A DNA stretch of 64,000 nt, from assembly GCA_017635465.1 (NCBI GenBank), contig JAGBLL010000041.1, forward strand, positions 17,685 through 81,684, given 5' to 3'. The position numbers and the translations under genes are program-made. Origin of the DNA: Bacilli bacterium (lineage in GTDB: Bacteria; Bacillota_I; Bacilli_A; RFN20; CAG-826). The notes under the pieces were generated by a model. The model worked only from the letters and a program-made list of their open reading frames with translations, had not been told where the DNA came from and did not search any database. Of the stretch, positions 7,998-18,205 are shown in pieces (the first letter of the stretch is position 1; every line of letters begins with the position of its first letter).

Positions 7998-9449
7998 TTA
8001 TTTGATGTCTTTCTTAGCGTTATTAATCGCTGTAGCAAATGCATCATCAAGAGTGGATTTGCCATTTAAGACGTTAGTCACTAAAGAACCAACTTCTTTT
8101 CTTAATGTAGCACTGCCTGGGAAGACAGCAGAGTTGTAGTAGCGGCCATTAATGTCGTTTTGTATCACTAAGGCTGCTTCAGCGTAACCTTCACCATATT
8201 CAATGAAGTCACTGTATGTTTCAGTTGTGTAGCAAGAGTTTCTGACTGGAGAATAGCCTTCAGAACCATTGACACATAATGAAACGTTAACTTGTTTACT
8301 TGTTAAATATTTGATTAATTTCCAGCCATATTTAATCGCAGCAGCGTTTTGTGCTTCTGGTAATGATGGGTTATTGAGCATACAGACGGATGGACCTTGA
8401 GAGATGTAAGCGACTTGTTCACCCATGGTTGGAACTTTTGCGAATGCGACTTCAAATTGACCAGCATCAGGAATGGTATAACCTGTACCACCAGTAGAAC
8501 CGATAGAGAAGAGTGTTTTAACTTCTTTAAAGGAGTTACTAGCATATGTACCTTCCACGCCTTGCGTGGTTAATAAATGTTTATCGTGAGCATCTTTTAA
8601 AGCGGAAACGATATCTTTTGCTTTTTTTAAGTTAGCGCTTTCTTCGAAATCGACTTTACCTTTACCATCACTACCGATAGAAGAATAACCGATTTTGTTT
8701 TGATAAAGTTCAGTGATGAATAAGTTAGAATCACTATCATAATAGATTGGATATTCTAAGTTACTAGAAACTTGATCTTTATGTGCATAAGCTGCTTCCG
8801 CAATCTTGAGAAGTTGTTCCCAAGTGATGGTCTTCATATATTCAGCGACACGATCAACTGGAACTTCTGGATAAGCATAACTCATCGCCACTTTCACAGC
8901 GCTTAAGTTATAAGTCATGATTTCGGTTGATTTCATTAGTGGGATTAAGTATGTACCTTCTCTTTGTAATGAACGACCTTCATCTAAGTATGATTTAATC
9001 ATGTCACTTTCTGGCATGTTATCACCATAATCGGCTTCGGTACCGAATGTGGTAGCGCTGTCTTTTAAGAATTTATCAAAATTGACAACGTATTTGCCTT
9101 TTTCGTTACCTTCTAAAGCGAGATAGTCAGCGACATGGTCAGCATAAGCAATAGCGATTGTTGGGCTATCACCAGTAGCAATACCTGTTGTGACTTTACT
9201 TGGCATATCTTTATAGCCACCTTGATAAGAGAGATTGACTTCTAAATCAACGCCTTCTTTTTCTTTAACTAATTTAATAAAGGCATCGACTTTGCTCTTT
9301 AAAGCGGCTTCTGGTTTTTGACCAAATGTGTGCCAGAAAGTAACAGTAACTTTGCTAGAATCGGCACCAGATGAACCAGTGTTATTATTACCGCATCCCG
9401 CTAAGGAGGCGATTAATAATGGGAACATTAATATTGATATCTTTTTCAT
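7998..9449 (-). CDS. ABC transporter solute-binding lipoprotein (family 1, sugar/glycerol-phosphate-like), copy 2
   Basis: Lipobox SLAG-C. Size (483 aa) and sequence pattern are typical of extracellular solute-binding proteins. Paralogous to 9478-10968 (shared FITL/FSIGST.G/ISQGPS segments). Confidence 0.8.
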   Translation of the reverse strand: MKKISILMFPLLIASLAGCGNNNTGSSGADSSKVTVTFWHTFGQKPEAALKSKVDAFIKLVKEKEGVDLEVNLSYQGGYKDMPSKVTTGIATGDSPTIAIAYADHVADYLALEGNEKGKYVVNFDKFLKDSATTFGTEADYGDNMPESDMIKSYLDEGRSLQREGTYLIPLMKSTEIMTYNLSAVKVAMSYAYPEVPVDRVAEYMKTITWEQLLKIAEAAYAHKDQVSSNLEYPIYYDSDSNLFITELYQNKIGYSSIGSDGKGKVDFEESANLKKAKDIVSALKDAHDKHLLTTQGVEGTYASNSFKEVKTLFSIGSTGGTGYTIPDAGQFEVAFAKVPTMGEQVAYISQGPSVCMLNNPSLPEAQNAAAIKYGWKLIKYLTSKQVNVSLCVNGSEGYSPVRNSCYTTETYSDFIEYGEGYAEAALVIQNDINGRYYNSAVFPGSATLRKEVGSLVTNVLNGKSTLDDAFATAINNAKKDIK

Positions 9450-9477
9450 AAATTTTCTCCTTTCAATGAAGAAACGA

Positions 9478-10968
9478 TTACATATCTTTGAGTGTGTTAT
9501 TGACTGCTAAATCGAATTTTTCTTTTAAATATGTGTCATCAATGGTTTTGCCATCAGCAGCATCTTTTAAGACGTTAACCATTAAGGAGTTAACTTCTGT
9601 ACGGGCAGTTGAGGAACCTTTGAATGGAGGAGTTGTAAAGACTTTGTCAACAGTTGAGGAACTATAAACAGCGTTGAGAGCGGTTAATAATTCTGTACTA
9701 CGAGCATCTTTACCTTCTGTGGAGCAGTAATCACTATAAGCTTCACTTGTATAAGCAGAAGCACGAACTGGTAAATAACCAACTTCGATCGCCCAGGAAG
9801 CTGTGTTCTTGGTACTAACCATGTGCTTATAGAATAACCAAGCGGCTAATTGTCTATCTTTGTCACCATTGTGATCTAAGATACAAATGGATGGACCTTG
9901 AGAGATGATTTTAGCGGCTTTATCTTTTGCTTGTGGAATACGGGTAACACCGACATCGAATGTGTCAGCAACTTGGTTTTTAACGCCAGCGGTACTACCG
10001 ATGGAGAATAAGACGTTATTTTCTTTGAAATAGTTAGATGAATAGCTCTTACCAATGACACCTGGTGATCTTAAATAACCATTTTTAGAAGCATCGGCAA
10101 ATGTCTTCATTAAGCCTTTCATGTTGTCGTTATTGTAATCAAGGTGCGCTTCACCATATTCGTCAACACTGGTATAGCCATAACCATATTGTTGAGAAAG
10201 AGTAATGAATAAGTTAGCGTCACTATCGTAACCAACATAGGAATTCATGCTACCTTCTTTTTCAGTAATTAATGGTGAAGATGGATGAGCGGCATCATAT
10301 TCTTTGAAAGCTGGACATAATTTACCGAATAATTCTTCCCATGTTAAGGATTCAATATAAGCCTTATTCATGGTAATGCCTTTTGTGCTTAAGAATTGCA
10401 CGAGTTCACTATCGAATAAACGTGTTTCGTTATAGAACATCGCTTCTGTGGATTTGGAGAATGGTAAACAATATGTACCTTCAAGTGGGAATTCTTGACC
10501 TTCTTTAATATAAGCTTGGACTAAATCCGCTCTTTCTTGCTCTGTCCAACCATATTCAGCGTTGGTCATAAAGTCATCTAATTTGACGGCTTTGCCAAAG
10601 TCGAGATAGTCAACGACGTGGTCTGGATAAGCGATAACTAAATCGCCATATTCACCTGTTTGAATATCAGAAATTGTTTGAGAATGGATGGTATCGTAGT
10701 TACCACTGATCCAGCCATCTTCAAGTTTAATTTCGACATTTGGTTCAATTTCTTTAAATGAATCAACGAATGCTTGTAATTTCGCTTGATAGCCTTGAGC
10801 GTAAGCTTGTGTGAATTTAATGGTGACTTTGTGGTCGAAATGGCCAACTTTTTCACCTGGTTTTGATTCAGTAGATTGGTCACCACTATTACCACCGCCA
10901 TTGCTACATCCTGCTAAGGCAAGAATGGAAGTGAGAACCATTACTGGAACAAGAATTTTCTTTTTCAT
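9478..10968 (-). CDS. ABC transporter solute-binding lipoprotein, copy 1
   Basis: Lipobox ALAG-C, 496 aa, AGGAG SD. Paralog of the adjacent binding protein. Confidence 0.8.
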   Translation of the reverse strand: MKKKILVPVMVLTSILALAGCSNGGGNSGDQSTESKPGEKVGHFDHKVTIKFTQAYAQGYQAKLQAFVDSFKEIEPNVEIKLEDGWISGNYDTIHSQTISDIQTGEYGDLVIAYPDHVVDYLDFGKAVKLDDFMTNAEYGWTEQERADLVQAYIKEGQEFPLEGTYCLPFSKSTEAMFYNETRLFDSELVQFLSTKGITMNKAYIESLTWEELFGKLCPAFKEYDAAHPSSPLITEKEGSMNSYVGYDSDANLFITLSQQYGYGYTSVDEYGEAHLDYNNDNMKGLMKTFADASKNGYLRSPGVIGKSYSSNYFKENNVLFSIGSTAGVKNQVADTFDVGVTRIPQAKDKAAKIISQGPSICILDHNGDKDRQLAAWLFYKHMVSTKNTASWAIEVGYLPVRASAYTSEAYSDYCSTEGKDARSTELLTALNAVYSSSTVDKVFTTPPFKGSSTARTEVNSLMVNVLKDAADGKTIDDTYLKEKFDLAVNNTLKDM

Positions 10969-11021
10969 AAAAATTTCTCCTTTGAAATATTAAATTGTCA
11001 ACGACAATATTAATCAATTTA

Positions 11022-12005
11022 TTAGCCTTTGATACCCGCTCTTCCAACACCTTTCATGATGTATTTACGGAAGAAGACGAATAATAAGAATAACGGGACA
11101 GTGACGCAGAAGGAAGCGGCCATTTGATAACCGTATTCCACCATGCCTGTATCAATGTCTTGGAAGGCACTACCACGTAATCCGTTAGAGATTAAGCGGA
11201 ATTCTTCGTTTTTAGTAACTAAGTTTGGCCAGACATAGGAATTCCATGTGCCCATGAATTTAAGAATGGTAATGGAAATCAGTGTTGGAGCGGCAAGTGG
11301 GACCATGACTTTCCATAAGAAGTCCCAGTCGCTCTTACCATCCACTTTCGCGGCTAAATATAGTTCGTTAGGAATTTGTTTGAAGTTTTGTCTTAATAAA
11401 TAAATATGGAAGACAGAAACCACAAACGGCACAATCATCGCTAGATAAGCATCCATTCTAGTTTGATCTTTAATCCAACCAAAGGCGTTAACTGTTAAGT
11501 AGTTAGAAATAACCATCATTTCACCAGGAATCATCATCGTCATTAAGAAGATCATGAATAATGGTTCACGTCCTTTGAATTCGAGTCTAGCGAAAGCAAA
11601 AGCAGCGAAGATGGTAGTTAATAATGTGCCAGCGGTTGAGAAGATGGCAACGATAATTGTATTGAACATATAACCAGTGAAGTTAAATGTTTCAAAGACG
11701 TAAGAATAGTTACTCCACATAACAATATTTGGGAAGAATGTTTGTTGTGTGGCCATGATTTCATCGTTTTGTTTTAAGGAAGTAATGATCATCCAATAGA
11801 ATGGGAACATGACGGTTAAAGCCAAAGCGAGAATAAAGATGTAAGTCAAAACGGTGGTAATGATACGCACCACTTTTTCACGACGTTTAATTGATTCAAC
11901 GGTCTTACCACTTTCTACGATTGATAAAGTGATATTAGGATTGACGCGGACTTTCTTGAAATCAACGTATGTCATTTGTTCATTTGTCACGACTTGTTCT
12001 GCCAT
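11022..12005 (-). CDS. ABC transporter permease (MalG/UgpE-like)
   Basis: Six predicted TM segments. EAA-like loop AAKVDGKSDWDFLWKVMVPLAAP. GGAGG SD. Confidence 0.85.
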   Translation of the reverse strand: MAEQVVTNEQMTYVDFKKVRVNPNITLSIVESGKTVESIKRREKVVRIITTVLTYIFILALALTVMFPFYWMIITSLKQNDEIMATQQTFFPNIVMWSNYSYVFETFNFTGYMFNTIIVAIFSTAGTLLTTIFAAFAFARLEFKGREPLFMIFLMTMMIPGEMMVISNYLTVNAFGWIKDQTRMDAYLAMIVPFVVSVFHIYLLRQNFKQIPNELYLAAKVDGKSDWDFLWKVMVPLAAPTLISITILKFMGTWNSYVWPNLVTKNEEFRLISNGLRGSAFQDIDTGMVEYGYQMAASFCVTVPLFLLFVFFRKYIMKGVGRAGIKG

Positions 12006-12017
12006 AGCGTCATCCTC

Positions 12018-13118
12018 CTAGTAATGCACTCTCTTCTTACTAACGCCAAATTGGACGAAAGTGAAGATGAGAATAATGATAAATAGGAACACACCTGCTG
12101 CCGCAGCACGTGATGTATTACCTTTTTCAACGTTATCGTAAACGTAATAAACAATTGTTTCCATGTCTGGAATATTGGAGTTCTTACCCATTGTACCAGG
12201 ACCATTAAAGATAGCGACAACGGATGTATATTCTTTAAATGAACCGATGAATGATGTAATCATCAAATAAAGAATTTGTGGTGATAATAATGGAACTGTA
12301 ATCTTCCATAATGTTTTAGCTTTTGGACAACTATCGATTTGGGCGGCTTGATAGTATTGTTTATCAATACCTTGTAAACCAGATAATAAGATTAAAATCT
12401 TAAATGGAATGCTGTTCCAAACGATGTATAAGCATAATGGAATCATCGCAACCCATCTATCCGCACCATAAACCCAAACGGTGTTGGTATTAAAGATGAA
12501 GTTAATAACACCGGACTTATCAAAGATAACCGAGAAAACTAAACCAATAGCCACTGCGTTAGTGACATATGGTAAGAAGAAGACGGTTTGTAAGAATTTT
12601 TGGAACCACTTAATAGAATTAAGGGCGACAGAAATAATTAACGCTAAAAGAATAGATACAGGAACGGTAACAAACGTAATAATTAACGTATTAGGAATAG
12701 CGTACGTCGTAAAATACGTTTCTAGACCACCCTGACCAGTTTTCACCCAGCCAAAGATAACACCGAAGTTTTCTAAAGTGAAACCAGAGAAACGACCGGT
12801 AGCGTATTGATAATCTTTAGCAAATGAAATAAAGATGGTGTTGATTAATGGATAGAGCAAGAAGATGGAAATCAAAACCACTACTGGACCTAAATATAAC
12901 CAGGCTTTCCAGTTGTTTTTACTAGCGACATCTTCAATGCCTGTCACTTTATAAGGTTTTTTAATTTTCTTATTCGAAACTAAACGAATGACTTTATTCT
13001 CTTCCTCGTTTAAGCCTTCCTCGTATTCTGGAACTTTTTCAGGTTCGGCTTTGGGCAAGTGTTGATTGTTATGAGTCTTCTTTGGTTTCGATAGGAAATT
13101 GAGGAATTCAATACCCAT
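12018..13118 (-). CDS. ABC transporter permease (MalF/UgpA-like)
   Basis: Polytopic. EAA-like loop AAQIDSCPKAKTLWKITVPLLSP. AGGAG SD. Confidence 0.85.
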   Translation of the reverse strand: MGIEFLNFLSKPKKTHNNQHLPKAEPEKVPEYEEGLNEEENKVIRLVSNKKIKKPYKVTGIEDVASKNNWKAWLYLGPVVVLISIFLLYPLINTIFISFAKDYQYATGRFSGFTLENFGVIFGWVKTGQGGLETYFTTYAIPNTLIITFVTVPVSILLALIISVALNSIKWFQKFLQTVFFLPYVTNAVAIGLVFSVIFDKSGVINFIFNTNTVWVYGADRWVAMIPLCLYIVWNSIPFKILILLSGLQGIDKQYYQAAQIDSCPKAKTLWKITVPLLSPQILYLMITSFIGSFKEYTSVVAIFNGPGTMGKNSNIPDMETIVYYVYDNVEKGNTSRAAAAGVFLFIIILIFTFVQFGVSKKRVHY

Positions 13119-13132
13119 AGACGCTCCTTTCG

Positions 13133-15040
13133 TTATTTGATATAGATTCTTTCATCTGTTTCAGAATCGAAGATGAATATTTTGTGAGGTTTAACTTTTA
13201 AAGCAACCTTTCCTGGATTGACTTTATCATCAGCGGAAATAATCGCTTTGAATGTTGGTTTGGTGCAGAATTCGTTTTTGGCCACAACAGAAATATCACG
13301 ACCCATAACTTGGATCATTTCACATTCAGCGTGTAAAACGTCTTTATCTTTTTCGTTAGCAAGGACAAATCCTTCTGGTCTAATAGCGACAGAGACTTTT
13401 TGGTCTTTAATGCCTTTAGCATCACCAACACAGTCTTCACCAACATAAATCTTTTCGCCTTTCACTTCACCAGCAAAGACATTGATTGGTGGAGTGCCTA
13501 AGAATTGAGCAACGAATAAGTTAGCTGGGCTATTATAAACTTCTTGTGGTGCGCCCATTTGTTGCATTTCGCCTAATTTCATAACAACGATCTTATCGGA
13601 AATAGACATAGCTTCTTCTTGGTCGTGTGTAACGAAGACGGAAGTAATACCTGTTTCTTGTTGGATACGTCTAATTTCTTCACGAGTTTGTAATCTTAAA
13701 CGCGCATCTAAGTTAGATAATGGTTCATCTAAAAGGAGAACGCGTGGGTGTTTAACAAGGGCACGAGCAATAGCAACACGTTGTTGTTGACCACCGGATA
13801 ATTGATTTGGTTTTCTTTGTAAATATTCATCAACTTGGACGAGTTTAGCGGTATCGTAAACGATATCTCTTCTCTCTTCTTTTGTTAATTTACGATGGGC
13901 AATTGCTTGCGCTGTATCTAAAACGACATCACTTAAATTCAATTCTTTGGCAAGTTCATCCATCACTTGTTTAGCAGCGTCTGTGGATGTTCTATGGAGT
14001 TTGAAATAAATCTTTGTGTGTTCGTTATCGTAATAAAGTTTAAGGTCTGTAATCTTTAAATGATGTTTCTTAAAATAATCTCTCACGAATCTTTCGTTTT
14101 CTCTATTAACGACATTACTAACGAAATAATGAGGATTTTCCATATTCGCACTACCGATGATCGCGTTATAGCAATCTTGTAAGCGAGAATGTAATAAGCC
14201 TTTAACACGAGCGACTAAATCAAAGCCACGTTTACCACGGGAGATGACGATTTCACCTGGATTACCAATTGGTTTAATCGCTTCTCTAATGGCCTTAATT
14301 GTGTCGTCCATTTTTGATAAGTTAAAGTCTTTATCTAATCTTGATTTGAATGTTAAATCAATTGTTTCTATTTCGCCAATCTTATTGACGGTTGCTCTCA
14401 CGGTAGAATCAAACAAAGCTTCAGATGTTTGTTTTTCTTCAACGTTGGTTAATTCCGCTTCAATGATTTTTGGGAAATTGTCAACGAATAAGTTCTTATA
14501 TTTAGGAGCAACATTCTTGAGAAGAACCACTAATGTTAAGTTATTTTCTTCTAAGGAAGAATTGATTTGGAATTGTTTTTTGTTTAAACCGACACGTTTG
14601 CAAAGAGAATCAACGGATTTGAGGATGCCATCTAAAACATCTCTCTTTTTCATTACGTATTTGTAAGTGAGGGTAAAATCAAAGAATGTGACGAGTGGAA
14701 TTTCCACTTGGAGATTAGTTAATGGGAACTCAATGTTCTTGTAGATGGTCATATGAGGATAAAGAGCGTAGTTTTGGAAAACTAAACCAATACCTCTTTT
14801 TTCTGGAGATAAATTAGTGACTTCTTGATCACCGAACCACACTTCACCAGAAGTTGGTGTTTGTAAACCAGAAATCATATAAAGGGTGGTTGATTTACCA
14901 CATCCTGAAGGGCCTAACAAACCAACAAGAGTGCCATCATCAACGTTAAAGTTTAAATCTTTAACCGCAATAGTGTCACGAATGTTTTTGTGTGCATCAC
15001 CAGGGAAAATCTTAGTTAAATCTTTAATTCTAATTTCCAT
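13133..15040 (-). CDS. ABC transporter ATP-binding protein (MalK/UgpC/MsmX type) carrying a ~270-aa insertion
   Basis: Walker A GPSGCGKST, Q-loop region VFQNYALYPHMT, signature LSGGQQQR, Walker B LLLDEPLS and H-loop VTHD. About 270 residues (aa ~111-381) lie between the Q-loop region and the signature motif. C-terminal regulatory domain present. Confidence 0.9.
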   Translation of the reverse strand: MEIRIKDLTKIFPGDAHKNIRDTIAVKDLNFNVDDGTLVGLLGPSGCGKSTTLYMISGLQTPTSGEVWFGDQEVTNLSPEKRGIGLVFQNYALYPHMTIYKNIEFPLTNLQVEIPLVTFFDFTLTYKYVMKKRDVLDGILKSVDSLCKRVGLNKKQFQINSSLEENNLTLVVLLKNVAPKYKNLFVDNFPKIIEAELTNVEEKQTSEALFDSTVRATVNKIGEIETIDLTFKSRLDKDFNLSKMDDTIKAIREAIKPIGNPGEIVISRGKRGFDLVARVKGLLHSRLQDCYNAIIGSANMENPHYFVSNVVNRENERFVRDYFKKHHLKITDLKLYYDNEHTKIYFKLHRTSTDAAKQVMDELAKELNLSDVVLDTAQAIAHRKLTKEERRDIVYDTAKLVQVDEYLQRKPNQLSGGQQQRVAIARALVKHPRVLLLDEPLSNLDARLRLQTREEIRRIQQETGITSVFVTHDQEEAMSISDKIVVMKLGEMQQMGAPQEVYNSPANLFVAQFLGTPPINVFAGEVKGEKIYVGEDCVGDAKGIKDQKVSVAIRPEGFVLANEKDKDVLHAECEMIQVMGRDISVVAKNEFCTKPTFKAIISADDKVNPGKVALKVKPHKIFIFDSETDERIYIK

Positions 15041-15051
15041 AATATATCTCC

Positions 15052-17058
15052 TTAATTTGTGCCGTCGTCTAGGACGTCTTCATTTAATTTGAGTTTAATG
15101 ATTCTTCTTCTTTCTCTATTTGTCTTAACTACACCAACCATGAATTTGATGAAGTAACCGATAATGACAACAGATAAGACAGAAAGAATAATGATGTAAG
15201 CATCAGCTGGGTTATAAACAACAATCGCGTTATTTAAAGCAGTAGCTCTTAAAACGATGAACACGATATCGAACAAGACTACTAAACTACCGACTAGGAA
15301 GATAGCGGCCTTAACAAAGAATGATTTGCTTTTCATTCTTCTAAATTCATCGTTTTTATATTTGTTCTTCAAGTAGAAGTAGAGACCTAAAGTAGCACCT
15401 ACAAACGCTACAGTATAAGCGATAAGTAAGATGATTAAGAAAGCGTTAACATTAAATAAGTTAGCGGATTCTGAATATGGCATGATGGAATGATAACCAA
15501 ATCTAGTAATGACATTACTACGAGCGATTGGTCCTTTAGCCGCCATTAAATCTAAGGTAACAAATAAGCCAACAAATGAGACTTCTCTAATCTTCTCAGC
15601 GGAGAAATTAGGAGCAATGTCACTGTTTTTGAAAAGGAATGATACTTTATTACCTTTTGTTTTTTCTAATTTGAATTGAGCGATAGGTGTGACGATTTTG
15701 ACATCTTTTTGTAATTCATTACCACCATCGACATAGGTGATTCTAAAACTACAAAGTGTTAAAGATGTTAATCTATAACGGATTTTGAGTTTACCACTAT
15801 TGATGTCGTTTAAATTGGTGTTGTAGTAATTGGCTTTTAAATGTTCATAAACATTGGCTTCAGAAATATCAATATTCAAATCGATTGCGGAATAGCCTGA
15901 GAATGTTGATAAGCCAGTGAATGAACATTCAATGAAGTCTTTAATGTCATACAATCTTGTGAAACCTTGTTTTGGTTCGATGTTATAAGCTTGTGATAAA
16001 TCTGGTTCAGTAATCGCGACATCATTAACTGATCTAGCGCGGTAGATGTTATGTAAAACTGCTGAACTAAAATCAATTACTTCGCCATCTTTTAATGGGA
16101 TATCACAATATAAAGATTTGGTGTAGTCGTTAACTTGACGACCAACGCATTCAAATAATGAACTAGCGGATGTTGGCGCGAATTCGAAATAACGTGTTTC
16201 AGCAGCACCACCATCTTTAGACACTTGATATTCGAGCACTAATGGTTTTTGTTCTCCTTCTTTTGGATACCAACCAATGATGAAGTTTTGTTTTTCGTCA
16301 CCGTATTTAGAAGCACCAGCTTTGGAGAATGGTTCGGCTTTAGCCACTGGATAAGCATAACCATAGTTAACTTTAGCACCATGGTTCCAATCAGCTGCCC
16401 AACCATCTAAATTAGCATCAGGTTCAACGTTGAAGATCATACCTTCTGGAACGTTTTGGAATGAATCGGAATAAATTTCAGTAACATCTTTTGGAATGTT
16501 GATAGATGTAATGCCTGTCCAATCAGGAACAACATCAACGCCTAGACGAGTAACATCTAAGTTAAAAATATGGTTTCTTGTTAAGGAACGAGGAATGTAG
16601 ATATCTTTGACATTTGTTGTCGCAGCTAAGCTATAAACATAGGAGTTGAAATGAACCGGTTCATATTCACCCTTTTCATATGCTTCAGTAATCTTTTCTC
16701 TTTCTTCAGCGGTTTTAGAATTGAAATCCTTTAAATATTCATCAAAGTCAGCATCATCTGGCGCTAACAAGAACGAAGTGGTTGCATCGCACCATCCTTG
16801 ACCACCAGTTGAGAACATAAAAGTAAAAGACTGCCCCATTGATGTTTTAGTGGAGGAAGTAGCAGATACGACAAGATTGCCATCTGGAATTCCCACTTCA
16901 CTTGAATAATCAGGAGCAGCTTCTCTTCTTGTTAGATAACGTGGTTCGGATAAGGATGTTGGTTTGGACATGGTCTTTGAAATTGTTGCACTAAAAGGTA
17001 ACAAGCAAAAAAGACTCATTAAGCCCAGCATGCATGGAAGGACATGTTTTTTAACCAT
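15052..17058 (-). CDS. Membrane-anchored surface protein of unknown function (668 aa)
   Basis: I place the start at ATG 17056-17058 (GGAGG 8 nt upstream). N-terminal signal/anchor, an ectodomain of ~520 aa, three C-terminal TM helices and a basic tail. One BspA-like segment (IPKDVTEIYSDSFQNVP). Confidence 0.75.
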   Translation of the reverse strand: MVKKHVLPCMLGLMSLFCLLPFSATISKTMSKPTSLSEPRYLTRREAAPDYSSEVGIPDGNLVVSATSSTKTSMGQSFTFMFSTGGQGWCDATTSFLLAPDDADFDEYLKDFNSKTAEEREKITEAYEKGEYEPVHFNSYVYSLAATTNVKDIYIPRSLTRNHIFNLDVTRLGVDVVPDWTGITSINIPKDVTEIYSDSFQNVPEGMIFNVEPDANLDGWAADWNHGAKVNYGYAYPVAKAEPFSKAGASKYGDEKQNFIIGWYPKEGEQKPLVLEYQVSKDGGAAETRYFEFAPTSASSLFECVGRQVNDYTKSLYCDIPLKDGEVIDFSSAVLHNIYRARSVNDVAITEPDLSQAYNIEPKQGFTRLYDIKDFIECSFTGLSTFSGYSAIDLNIDISEANVYEHLKANYYNTNLNDINSGKLKIRYRLTSLTLCSFRITYVDGGNELQKDVKIVTPIAQFKLEKTKGNKVSFLFKNSDIAPNFSAEKIREVSFVGLFVTLDLMAAKGPIARSNVITRFGYHSIMPYSESANLFNVNAFLIILLIAYTVAFVGATLGLYFYLKNKYKNDEFRRMKSKSFFVKAAIFLVGSLVVLFDIVFIVLRATALNNAIVVYNPADAYIIILSVLSVVIIGYFIKFMVGVVKTNRERRRIIKLKLNEDVLDDGTN

Positions 17059-17095
17059 ATTATTGGCCTCCAACGATTCCGTTTTAATCAATTAC

Positions 17096-17125
17096 ATTAT
17101 ACATGTATATGCCTGCGCTACGCAA
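17096..17125 (-). promoter_or_regulatory. Candidate internal sigma-A promoter ahead of the 668-aa gene and the ABC genes
   Basis: Minus strand TTGCGT-18 nt-TATAAT, within the 76-nt gap between 17135 and 17058. Confidence 0.5.
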
Positions 17126-17134
17126 TATCTTTTC

Positions 17135-18202
17135 TTAATCGTAATTCCTTGTTTTAAAATCCACTGGTTTTTTGTATGGAGTGGTCTTTTCTAGTTCCAC
17201 TTCTTGAAAAGAAAGATAAATCTTTGTTCTTCTTGAATCAACTTCCGTTAAGCGGAGCATATAATCAGGGAATCCTTGTTTATTTTTGGAGAAAACCATG
17301 AGTGAAAATGAAATGATAATTGGTAGTCCAAAAGTGAATAAAGAAAGGATCAAAATTGCAAAATAGAAAATAGCAAATCTCGCTAAGGAGCGTGGTAAAG
17401 ATGGCGATAAGCAGTTTGCGTCCACTAAACCAATGCCGTATATTGCTTTACCAACTGTCATTCTGCCACGTCTAAGGATAAGTGTTGGTAAAAGATAAAC
17501 AATTAAACCAGTAAAGCAATAGACTGCAAAAATATTGACCCATAAAAGCATATTAGTTTGATAGGTAATAATTGATTTGTAATTAGGCACAGCCACTACT
17601 AGATAAGCTTGAAGGTGATTATCGATATATGGTTGATAGGCTTTTTTATAATATTCTGTATAGATTTGTGAGCTGACACTTTCCACTGATTCAAATAAGT
17701 CAGGATTCTCTATTACTTCGTTATTTTCATCGATGACAAACATCTTTATATTGTTATGAACCATGTCATCTTTTAAACGATATTCGCGGTAATCTTTGAC
17801 TATTTCTTCATAGTTTTCATTAGTGGCTACGCTTTTAGCGTAACTAACAAAGGTATCAATCGCTTTTTTAGATCTAGTCATCCTAGATTTAGCGGTTTGT
17901 CCTTTATCGTAATTTAATACAGAAACGATATCTCTTAAGACATTATCGTCATCATATTCATATAGGCCGGAATCTAATCGCATTTGTGTTAATTGGTTAG
18001 CTTTGTTTTTATATGTTGGAGCGTTTCTAATTATTTCTCTAACACCTAAAAAGCAAGATAAAAAGACAAAAACAAAAATCAATATGTCAACGAGATTAGC
18101 AAATATGCGATGCGTTAGTTTAGGGCGATAATATAGGACATTAATGTTTTGACTATTTGTCGCTACTTCGCCAGAGACTATTTCATTAATATTTTCTTCC
18201 AT
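17135..18202 (-). CDS. Polytopic membrane protein, RDD-family-like (tentative), paralog B
   Basis: Short N-terminal cytoplasmic segment, a TM helix (RIFANLVDILIFVFVF), a soluble loop of ~190 aa and three C-terminal TM helices. Same architecture as the upstream gene. Confidence 0.7.
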   Translation of the reverse strand: MEENINEIVSGEVATNSQNINVLYYRPKLTHRIFANLVDILIFVFVFLSCFLGVREIIRNAPTYKNKANQLTQMRLDSGLYEYDDDNVLRDIVSVLNYDKGQTAKSRMTRSKKAIDTFVSYAKSVATNENYEEIVKDYREYRLKDDMVHNNIKMFVIDENNEVIENPDLFESVESVSSQIYTEYYKKAYQPYIDNHLQAYLVVAVPNYKSIITYQTNMLLWVNIFAVYCFTGLIVYLLPTLILRRGRMTVGKAIYGIGLVDANCLSPSLPRSLARFAIFYFAILILSLFTFGLPIIISFSLMVFSKNKQGFPDYMLRLTEVDSRRTKIYLSFQEVELEKTTPYKKPVDFKTRNYD

Positions 18203-18205
18203 ATC

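Noticed and set aside
10969-11021. ATTGTC-GTT-GACAAT hairpin containing a TTGACA hexamer, between the permease and first binding-protein genes, as an internal promoter.
   Set aside because: No acceptable -10 hexamer lies 16-19 nt downstream, since that region runs into the SD. It may be an mRNA-stabilising or processing stem-loop, but the evidence is too thin to call.
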